The translations under genes and the position numbers were made by a program. A stretch of DNA of 63,448 bases, counting the filler, from Phoronis australis (Eukaryota; Animalia; Phoronida), in assembly GCA_002633005.1 (NCBI GenBank). It is 5 parts of 5 records of this genome, joined end to end, with 100 filler letters (N's around TTAATTAATTAA, not from the genome) between each part and the next. Parts side by side here need not be neighbours in the genome. Positions count along the whole stretch, not along the records: positions 41,377 to 55,817 come from NMRA01000247.1; positions 55,918 to 62,110 come from NMRA01000215.1; 3 more parts are not named here. One strand, written 5' to 3'. The notes below the pieces were generated by a model. The model had not been told where the DNA came from and searched no databases. It saw only the letters and a list, made by a program, of their open reading frames with translations. Shown piece after piece: positions 48,789 to 59,060 of this stretch. The first letter of the stretch is position 1; each line of letters opens with the position of its first letter.

Positions 48789-51700
48789 CTGAAAGAGATA
48801 AACAATACAAGGTAAAAAATCAACGCAGGTACAAGCAACCATAATTCTAAACAAACGACCTCCGATGGTGATGTTTTAACTGTACTTCTTATATTCTAAC
48901 TCAAGAAAAAAATAGGAATGGGTTCTTCAACACAACAACTTCCAATTCAGATCACTTCCCATTATGAAATAGGTCTCAAATTTGTTCCTTAGTCAAATTG
49001 GAGTTGATTTAAGGCTTCAAAAAAAAATAGGAATTCATTATTTCTTTGCAATTAGGCTCAACAAGTTTACTTCATCACAGCATGGCATTTATGTACCTAG
49101 CATGGCATTAATAAAAAATTAACTGCCAGTTCTTTACCAACCAAGAAGTCACTTCTCACTAGTAAAATGATAAGATTGACCCAGTTTTATAGTGCTTAGT
49201 GAGTAAGTGGTCTAAATAAAACATGCTTCTAGGAAAGAACAGGTGTATAGATGGTTTAAATACAACTTTGACAAAATAGCTTTAAAATGTAGGCTTTTAA
49301 AATGGTAAAAAATCAGCATCAGGGTGGATTTCAACAAAACACCTTGGCCTCGATCCAATGTTTATAAACATTTGACAGGTATTGGAAAATCAAGAAATGG
49401 AAACAGATGACTTAAAATTTGCGATTTTTATCACAGACGGACTGCACTTCTTTATTAGTTCCTGCAAAATGGACCAAACTGTTCACTGCTTTTGCACGCT
49501 TATGTGGGAGTGGCTCTTAGATATTTTAATTAACATTCAGTTAGTACGTATGTTTACGTACTACTTTAGGTCACAAGTACACAGTTAGTACGTATGTTTA
49601 CGTACTACTTTAGTCACAAGTACACAGTTAGTACGTATGTTTACGTACTACTTTAGGTCACAAGTACACAGTTAGTACGTATGTTTACGTACTACTTTAG
49701 GTCACAAGTACACAGTTAGTACGTATGTTTACGTACTACTTTAGGTCACAAGTACACAGTTAGTACGTATGTTTATGTACTACTTTAGGTCACAAGTACA
49801 CACTTTGTTTTCCACATCAACTTTCAACCCTTTTTGAGACATACGAACATGTTATGTATTCTGAAAGCATTTCTTATTTTCTCAGACAAAAGCACATGGC
49901 TAATTGGATCAGAACCAGTTTTTCAATTTTAGACATAAATCTGTCTGAGTACACCTTTTTGCAAAGCACTGGATTTTTATAAGGAAGCTCATGTGGTTCT
50001 TCATCTTTCCGCACAAGCATTGAAAGTTAATGCAACTGAATAAGTCAGAAAATTCTGTAATACTAGAAGTTCTTAGACAATAGTTTTCAAAGAACACCAG
50101 AATGACATAATCTGGTTTACGGGATTAATTTTGGATGGGATAGACTTGTTGAAGTAATTGACTTTGACCAGAGGTTTCAAACAATAAAAACCCATCATTT
50201 TTAATCTTATTACAAATCAACAATAACTTGTTGAAATCGAGGCCGATGACTGTCAGTTAAATACACTTAAAGCAGTCTTATTTGTACAGTGGGGTTTTGT
50301 TTGATAGCAAAGCTTTGGGTGGTGATCACCAAGATCATGAGTTGGAATCAAGTCTTAGGGCAGATTTGAACAGCAAAAAAACATAATTTTGTAGCTACAC
50401 AATGGTTCTGAACTTCACTCTGAGCACGTTACCATAAATGTAATGAGTGGTCAAGCTTATTGACTTACATTTGTTTATGACATCACAAGAATCCTTATAT
50501 GGTGTTCTAATCATACAATTATTCACTATTATTACTTTGAGCCATTTGTTCGGTGTTCTCATGGCGACGCAATATACCGTAATATAAAATAGACAAACTC
50601 GAGGCATCATTTGATATTTGAGTGATTAAATCGCGCTTTCTAAGGAACTGCTCAATTAATTATGACTACTACCTCGGTTCAGTATGAAGAGGGTCTCGAA
50701 AATGGCCTTAACAGAAAGACTGAAGAACGACCTACACAATGAAATTTAAAAGCAAATAGCTTGCTTAATCCTCTAATGAATTTTGATAAAAGTTCTTTGG
50801 ATTTCTTCTACAATTTTTGACTTAATGTCCAATCAACACAATTGGTATTTCCAGAATGCATAAACTAGTTTTCCACTGGACTTACCATTCCCTTCAGGAC
50901 CTTGCCAAAAACAACATGTCTACCATCAAGCCAGGATGTCTTTGCTACCGTGATGAAGAATTGCGAGCCATTGGTGTCTTTGCCAGCATTAGCCATGGAT
51001 AGCCAACCAGAACCATAATGGTTTAGCTTGAAATTCTCATCCTTAAACTTGTCACCATAGATACTCTTACCTAGAAGACAGAATAGTACACTTCAATTGA
51101 AAGTTTCCAATTGCTTGATAAAAATGAATTGCATGTGACAAAAAATGACTGATCCAAACAAGTATGAGCACTCCCATCATTACAACTAAAATGTCAACTA
51201 AGCACACATGTTAGCGTGCAAGTCCATCCTTCTTGAGTAATCTCTTAACTTGAATGTTTTTTACTACTTTCCACTAGATTTCTCAAACAATCATCACCAC
51301 AGCTCACCAGGATGTACTAAAGCTGTGGTCAAGCTTCCCAATAACTTTTCACAAAAAAGCAGGAAAAGGTAAGAACAGTTACAGCCACCATTGTATGTGT
51401 ACAAGTTGAATTTGTGAAATTGTGATAAGCACAAACTTCCATCGGTTTATGCCCTCACATTGTAATCTGACAAGAAATTCCAATGCACATAAATAACATA
51501 GGTGGATTTAGGGGGGTCGCCCATTGCTGATTTCTCCACATCTGTGGCTGGCAGTCGTAGACGATGAGTCTGACGAATGCCGAGTTACCAAAGCACTATC
51601 CATACTTTCCATTGCTTAAGCATGTTCGCGGTGCCTCCCTAGTATTTCTTGATCACTGTCTCCCGGTTCGAAATGATACCCTCTGAAACTTAAGGATCCA

Positions 51701-53706
51701 CCTGCGAAGTCTTCGTTGGATGAGCTCTCGTCTAAGTCGGGATTGTGAATTGCAATGTTGATGTTTATTATTCTGCGTTCTATTTCAAAATGAATTATTC
51801 TCGCCCTAACCAATGCTTATATAAACTTAAACAAAGTCTTTCTCACTAGATACAATTTGTAATGCCTTTGGAGTATTCATGAGCGCAAACTTTTTGAGAA
51901 GCCAGCAATGAATAAACCACTGCATTGCCGGTTTCAGATGCAATAAAGGTAACTGGCCGGGCACCGAGGCCGTGTGAGCGCATGCTTATTCAGTGTTTGC
52001 TGACAGAAAGCTGTTGTGAAATAATAACTCAATTTTATACGCTATGGTCACATGATAGGGGAATCTTTATTAGGATATACGAATACATTATTCACATCAT
52101 TGTTACTGTACAACTTTTGCCCTGACGATTCTATAAAAGGGCAACTTGACTTCGTGACCCTGACAAGTAAGTAGATTTGCAGTTTCGTGGCTAATTCACC
52201 AAAATAATTACAATCACATTATTTCTTGGGCTCACTAGTATAGTCTTTTCGAGATTGGAAGTTTAGTTTCCCACTTAAGCTCGTTTATGTTCGTGATGTC
52301 CAGTCCCGGCGGCCGCAACGGGCCTGATCGGGTTCCGAGGCACTGGCTGGGACAAGCGTTTTGTGTGTTTAGAACTGAAAAAAATCGCAAGTCTAAAAGT
52401 ACAACACACAGCTATCTTTGAAATTTGTTGATTGAAATAACCCACCCGTCTCGGCACACACCTTTTCTGACATTTCAATCTTTGATTTAAACAGAAACAG
52501 GCCACCTGCCATGTAACAATGTCATCACCTCCATAGCTATAATGCAATGTATCAAGCTTTATTCATTCTTAGTTCTGGTTTGTGTTTTAAGTTTAACGCT
52601 AAACTTTTTGACTTGTGCTCTCTTCAAAGTTAAAGAAATCAATGAACTGATTACCCAGTCCTGTAAAGTGCTTAAAACTCAGAAGCACATTGAGACCTTT
52701 CTCACGTCATTCCAATGGGACATCAGAGAAGCATCGATATGGTGCAAGTTTGTACAAGAAACTCGCATGTTAGTTGACACGCCACATTGGAGCTGCATAA
52801 ACTCATATGTCACACTCATGCATATGAAGGTAAGAAACTCAGTCGATTTTATTTTCTCGTTTTTGGGATATTGAATTTGGTTGCAATATACAGTGATAAA
52901 AAGGTTGATAATGTAGTCACTGGGCACAACAAAGTAAATCGTGGTTTAAACACCTTAAAGAGATTAATGTATGAACAAGTGAATAAGAAGTAAGTGCAAC
53001 AAAACTGCTCAATCACCTCCTGTTCCATCTCCCCTAGTGAAGTCTCCACCCTGGATCATGAAACCAGGAATAACACGGTGGAACTTGCTACCTTTATATC
53101 CAAAGCCCTGAAAATAAAAAGATGCAAATATGTCATCTCGGATTCTTCAAATACAAAGAATATAAACACAACATTCACTAGAGCATTGCAAAGCATTGAA
53201 ATGGGCCCACAACTGCATCGCAAACGCTGTGCTTCTAGGGGTGCTTATTTCTAGCATAAAACATAACCATCAGATGGCACAGAATACATTGAACCAGTCT
53301 AAAATAGTAAGGTGTTGTCGTCTCTCAAAACTATTAGTTAAATTTTATGAAAATTCCGCCAAAGAACTCCAAAGATACAAAGGCAGACGTAAAAACAAAC
53401 TGCCTTCAGGAACCTCAACAGTACTAGAATCCGTCCACCTGCTGTACAGGTTAATATGAATACAATTGAAAATTTTCAAAAACATCTTGCAAGGGGCTTA
53501 GGAGATACAGCCGTAGATGCGAAAGAAGTCACTAGGGGGTACCACAGCAGTCGGATCCATGCAGTATGACCAAAAACTGTCGTAAATACCTTTTCGTGTG
53601 TAGCCAAGGCGACAAAGTTATCTACAGTCTTTGGCACTGTCTTGCCAAACAAACCGATTTCAATGGTGCCTGCATCTTCTCCACCGATTGAGATTTTGAA
53701 GAAAAC
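48654..53706 (-). CDS. PPIB: Peptidyl-prolyl cis-trans isomerase B (cyclophilin B), exons 2-5; signal-peptide exon not found
   Basis: Exons 53590-53706, 53017-53107, 50886-51070 and 48654-48788 splice in frame: [110 protein letters not shown]...[19 protein letters not shown]...[14 protein letters not shown]. Confidence 0.94.
49538..49801. repeat. 44-bp minisatellite, 6 near-perfect copies, in a PPIB intron
   Basis: Unit CAGTTAGTACGTATGTTTACGTACTACTTTAGGTCACAAGTACA. Confidence 0.97.
50886..51070 (-). CDS. PPIB: PPIB exon 4
   Basis: tag/gtaag boundaries, 185 nt, [17 protein letters not shown]. Confidence 0.95.
51530..52400. mobile_element. Internal fragment of the same Kolobok-like family within a PPIB intron
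   Basis: Colinear similarity to about 25290-26196 (e.g. ttcaaaatgaattattctcrccctaaccaat; aagtaagtagatttgcagtttcgtggctaatt). Confidence 0.75.
53017..53107 (-). CDS. PPIB: PPIB exon 3
   Basis: cag/gt boundaries, 91 nt, [16 protein letters not shown]. Confidence 0.95.
53590..53706 (-). CDS. PPIB: PPIB exon 2
   Basis: cag/gt boundaries, 117 nt, [15 protein letters not shown]. Confidence 0.93.
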
Positions 53707-54817
53707 CTGCCAATAAAAAACATTAAAAGATAACATCAATTGGTAATCATTAAGTAATAACATTTTATCAGACAGTGGATGTTTCATTTCATAACAAATT
53801 CAGTACACTAATTCTGAAATGACATGTCTTTGTTCTCAGAAGTAGAACAATGCACTCATATACTGACATTTTTCTTTTTAATTTGTCAAGTCTTTTAACA
53901 GGACAAGCAATGTTTGCTTTTCATCTGGTTTATCAAATGTGGTTTTAGCATCCCAACGTACAGTATATAGACAACTACAACAATGCTGGAGGTAAAATCC
54001 ATTCATTACAGCGTTCTGTCCTTCAGTAACTTTTCCAGACATGAGGTGTGCTGAAAGTGGGATAACATCTGGCTCTTTTGTTAACTGCCCAGCTCAGTCT
54101 TTTGTCCCGTATGATAACAAGCAGGCCAATTATCTTCCAGGCTTCAAAGTTAAGGTATGGTGGATTGGTGGTTGCACGCTATTACCGAACGCCTATGAAC
54201 ACAGTCAAACCCAGTGCGTCCGTTTGGACAGAATAGATTGTCTTAACTTCTGTTGTAGTTGGGCGATTTTGGTGATTCAAAAACGCAACATGATCAGCAT
54301 TTGATGAGGAAACGCAACATGATCAGCATTTGATGAGGAATTCAGAAATTGGTTTAAGCTCAAATATGTTATAACTTAACGTTCATTTTTATCAGCCCAG
54401 CCCATTCAGGCTAGATAAGATCTGATCGGAGGTTAGAGCAACCATCAACGCAACCATCAATACTCTAATTAGATGACCGAACCGATCCAAACAAGTGACC
54501 CAAATTTCGCCACAAAAATTGCAATAACTTTGCACTGCTTGGCTGGATTTTGATAATTTTTCGATTTTTATTGAGTAGGATGCATTATCTTTCCGATGAT
54601 AGTACAGAATTTTTTCAAAACGAAAAAAAATTGTTTCGACCGCCCTACTCCTGGTCAGGTCTAGGCTCACCATCAAGCTTAGTGTCTTAGGTCCGAGAAG
54701 TGCTTCACCGGTACATCATCCTTTTGCCGATTAGGTGGCACTGAATAGTTAGGCTGCGGCCGCAGCCAATATTAAAATTTTGGGGTAGGCCAAGTTTGGG
54801 GGCATTTTGTAGGTGGG

Positions 54818-55817
54818 CAGGGCTCGACATAACGAGCTGCAGGTCGCATTTGCGACCTGAAATTTGGAAATGCGAGCTGAGATTTTTGTCAGCTCGTATA
54901 AAGTCGCAAAATGCGACCTGGAATTTCCAACGAATGCGAGCTGAGTTTTTACACTTCTCGGCAGATACCTGGCAAATATAAAGCAGCTATTGTTAATCCG
55001 ACCATTACTTGGTTGTTGCCAAATCCAAGTTCAAAAGACCACTAACTGAGAACAGCCCTCCCGATGACTTGTTAGCAAGTCGCGTGACCATGGGATATGC
55101 AGAATCGATCATTGGTGCGTTTCATTGGCTAACATTTTCGGCCACTTATGCAAATTTCCGGATTTGTCGAAGAAAGTTTCGGGCCACATAACACGTGATA
55201 AAACCTCACAAAACAGTGGTGTTTCTATTAAATCTTAAGCGATCAACTTATCAAACTTTGTGGACAAATACGTTTGTTTTTCGCTTAAGATGTCCTCATT
55301 ACCTTTACCAAATATCCACGACAATATCCCTGATATCGCACTGCGGCACTGGTCGGTCCCGTTGTTAGCGTGCAAGCGGTCCCGGCAAGACAATCGTGAC
55401 TTAGATATGTGCGCCTCGGTTTTATCCCATAAGACAGCCAAAGTGAAAATGACAACCTATTAAACCCCAAATGGCGATCACATCTTTACTTTCAGTTGCC
55501 AAGAAATTCTCAAACCCCATTACTTGTTTCTCAGTGGGGCTACGTGCGCAAAATATTTGTCTTTCACACGTTGTTGCCAACGTAAAGTGTACATGTAGGC
55601 CTATTCCAGCGATTCAAGTGCGTGAACTCACGCGTGCGCACCGTTTTGAAGCTGTACATCAAAAGAGAACAGCGGCAGTCCTAAATGAAAGAGTATACCG
55701 GCTTGGCTCTGTCAAGCACCTGGGTGCCAATGGTTTATTTGAAAATGAACTCATAGATTTCTGGCGGTTACGATGCTTTAGGAAATTCCCCGGGACGGAT
55801 GTAACCCAGAACTGATA
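54818..55817. mobile_element. Possible left end of a hAT-like DNA transposon; other end not seen
   Basis: Starts CAGGGCTCGACA, with subterminal palindromes (caggtcgcatttgcgacctg; gtcgcaaaatgcgac) and a CpG-richer interior. Confidence 0.35.
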
Positions 55818-55917
55818 NNNNNNNNNNNNNNNNNNNNNNNNNNNNNNNNNNNNNNNNNNNNTTAATTAATTAANNNNNNNNNNNNNNNNNNNNNNNNNNN
55901 NNNNNNNNNNNNNNNNN

Positions 55918-56740
55918 CAGTGGAGGCCAGTGGAGAACATTGGAGGAGAGTGGAGGCCAGTGGAGTACAGTGTAGGCCAGTGGAGGCCAGTGGAGTACAG
56001 TGGAGGCAAGTGGAGGCCAGTGGAGGCCAGTGGAGGACAGGAGAGGTCAGTGAAAGCCACTGGAGGTCAGTGGAGGCCAGCAGAGGCCAACGGAGGCCAG
56101 CGAAGGCCAGTAGTGGCCTGTGGAGTCTAGTGGAGGCCAAGGGAGGACAGCAGAGGCCAGTGGAGGCCAGAGGAGGCCTGTGGAGGCCAGTGGAGGCCAA
56201 AGGAGGTCAGCGGAGGCCAGAGGAGGCCAGTTGAGGCCAGTGGAGGACAGTGGAGGACAGGGGAGGCCAGTGAAAGCCACTGAAGGTCACAGGTGGCCAG
56301 TGGAGGCCAGTAGAGGCCACCGGAGGCCAGCGGAGGCCAGTAGTGGTCTTTGGAGTATAGTGGATGTCAGTGGAGGCCAGCGGAGACCAGTGGAGGACAA
56401 TGGAGGCCAGTGGAGGCAAGCGGAGGCCAGAGCAAGCCAGCGGAGGACATTGGAGGCCAGTGGAGGCCAGTGGAGGACAGTGGAGGCCAGTGAAGGCCAG
56501 TGGAGGCCAGTGGAGGCCGGTGGAGGCCAGTGGAGGCTGGTGGAGGCCAGTAGAGGCCAGTGGAGGCCAATGGAGGCCAGTGGAGGCCCTGGAGGCCAGT
56601 GAAGGCCACCGGAAGTGAGCGGAGGACAAAGGAGCCCAGTGGAGGCTGGTGGAGGACAGGGGAGGCCAGTGGAGGCAAGTTGAGGCCAGTGGAGGCCATT
56701 GGAGGCCAGTGGAGGCCTCTGTAGGCCAGTGGAGGCCAGT
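55918..56740. repeat. 10-bp satellite (CAGTGGAGGC)n, about 80 degenerate units
   Basis: Direct reading; it accounts for all the WRPVEAS/LHWPPLAST ORFs. Confidence 0.97.
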
Positions 56741-57345
56741 TATTTTAGGCTCTGTATCATGTTTTTCTTTGGGGAAAAGTTGATGGACAATCAATACATG
56801 TACGTTTTACATTATCTTGAATGAAACATGTTTTATTCATTTGTATTGTATTTTACTGTACTGTATGCTGCTATAGGTATGTAAAATGGGAATATATGTT
56901 GAATGTGAAAAAGTCGTACAAACTCCTATGAAAAATGGTTAACTCCTATAAAAGTATAATGCGTAATTCATTTGCAGTTTAAAGCAAATTGATACATGTA
57001 AATTCTTGCCAAATAAGAATTAAAAAGGGGCAACAAGTTTCGCGTTTAAAGCTGCACGAATCTCCCTGTATTCGTGTAAAATACGCAAACACTAACGGGA
57101 TTACTTCACAGCTAATAATGACGTGAATGACGCGGAAATTATATATGATAATTCACGTTCACGTCGCTCTGCGAAACTTCTCTAATATTGCCAGTATTCT
57201 GCTTCACACTCGAACTCTGAGTATTCCGAAGTGGTTCTTATTCATAAGATTCAGTCCCTTACATACATGAACGGTACATTCAGTTCACTCAGCTAGTAAG
57301 ACCGAGGAGACATTTTTGTGCAATGCTCGATTGTCTGATGGTAAA

Positions 57346-57403
57346 GGCGCAATTCCAGAACCCGGGTCTCCCAAACAGGAATCAAACCACTGGGCCACAC
57401 CGT
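57346..57403 (-). mobile_element. Possible degenerate tRNA-derived SINE head
   Basis: A-box-like TGGCCCAGTGG and B-box-like GGTTCTGGAAT at tRNA-like spacing; no full cloverleaf. Confidence 0.25.
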
Positions 57404-59060
57404 CTCGTCTACTGAAAAGGTGTGAATGTCTTCGTCGACTGTGTGGGTCGCCTGTACAGTCCCAATAGTCACAACGTCCCAAAGTATAGTTTATAAAGTT
57501 TAACTTATTTTACAGCTAAACATCACTGAAATAGCCATGCTGAATTTCCGGGTGGCTAAATAACTTAATTAACCTTTATCTAAGAAGTGATTTCTGCACG
57601 GCCGAAGTTTAGCGCAAATGAAGTTATATCAGATTTTATCGAGAATCCCCACGTAATTCTCGAGACTGGGATCAACTTAAAATAACTCAGATAAGGCATT
57701 GTTCAGTGTTTAAACAAAATAACCAGTTGACAATTAATGTCGTTAAGCCAGAACATTTATTGTTTCTTTAAGCCATTTCAATGTAATTAAAATTGCTTGT
57801 CTACCACCAGTACCGAGGTCAAAAGTTCCAAAGATGTTCCTGTAAGAAAGCCATGAGGACTGGAAACCAGTGTTAACATTTTCGTGCATTGACCTGAGCT
57901 GAGATTGCATAAAGTATACACTGTATACGTGTGCCGTCATTAGCTATGTTCAGCCAGAAACTAGCCGGCGTGCCGCGCCGTGATGATGCTAATCTGACGG
58001 CGCTCAGTTCTCCCAGTTTCCTTATTCACCATAACCGGAGTGACTATATATATATATTATAGATATGCACCGCAGAATACAATTCAAGAAAAATCATTAA
58101 ATGTTTTCCATTTTCCCTGATAGAGTGACACCCCACACTTCAGAAACATAAAGAATAGGTAGCTATCGTCGAATGAAACAATTAAAAAACGGCTGCCAAG
58201 GGGTACATGTAAGTGGTTGATTCTTTTGAACAAAACAAATAGTTTTCATGGCTTGGTTGATTTGGCTGGACATGGCTTTTTATGAGATATGTCAAAGTTA
58301 AACGAAGCTCTTAACATAACCTAGTCATGACGCAATCCGAGATTGTCAATGATGTAGTAAACACCAGGAATACTTCTTGCTTTCTCTCTTAACTAAGAAA
58401 ATTACTACCTTGCAAATGAGGTAGGTACGGAGATTCATTTTTGAGATATTGTCAGATTCAAGGAACTGTAATCTGCAACGAACTTATATAAATGACTCGG
58501 ATTTTGAGACAATCTCCAAGACCAGCTCTGATCACCTTTTGATGATGAAACGGTCTAATTGTCAGATGGGCATTTTTTCAAAAATTGAATTTCTAATTTG
58601 GTCTACCCCACACTTACTTGCAAACAGCGGTGTCATTGCTGCTGACCGTCGCTCGTCTTCAGCTGGTTAGGAATCGCCCGCCATTAGTCGTTTCGGCCCT
58701 GATGCAGTACGACCTCCTATACCCGGGCCCCCTGAGGTGGATCCGTACCTCAGGCCTCGCGGCAGTCATGTTGCCAAGTGTTACTTCTCTGCAGTCAGAT
58801 GTATGCTGAAGCTGGCTCTGCTCCTACTGAACAGGTCTTAGGTAGCTTTTCCGTGATGTCTTAGTGAGCCCCAGTCTTCTGTCATTTAGTTTTTAACTCA
58901 TTATTTTTCATTTCCTTCGTTAACCTCTTCAAGATATATTTTCAAAATGCTCACTATTACATGCATGTACTATAGTGGGCCAAACAGTTTGATCACAAGT
59001 TTCATGAGGGTTGTATGGCATAGAAATGCACATACGATCAGCAGTTCAATGCTCGTGCGT

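Noticed and set aside
13722-53706. Cyclophilin exons as the C-terminal cyclophilin domain of RANBP2
   Set aside because: They lie upstream on the minus strand, end in their own stop, are CypB-type in sequence, and are separated by LARP6 and two spacers.
54281-54340. 29-bp tandem duplication containing TGATGA (C-box-like)
   Set aside because: No convincing D-box or terminal stem; it is a simple local duplication.
55862-56794. Repetitive WRPVEAS / LHWPPLAST proteins and Chi-like GCTGGTGG octamers
   Set aside because: Both are by-products of the 10-bp satellite, and Chi has no meaning in this eukaryotic context.
58640-58720. Hammerhead ribozyme (GGCCGAAAC and CTGAAGA on the minus strand; also CTGATGA...GAAA at about 1673)
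   Set aside because: Stems I-III cannot be paired around the core.
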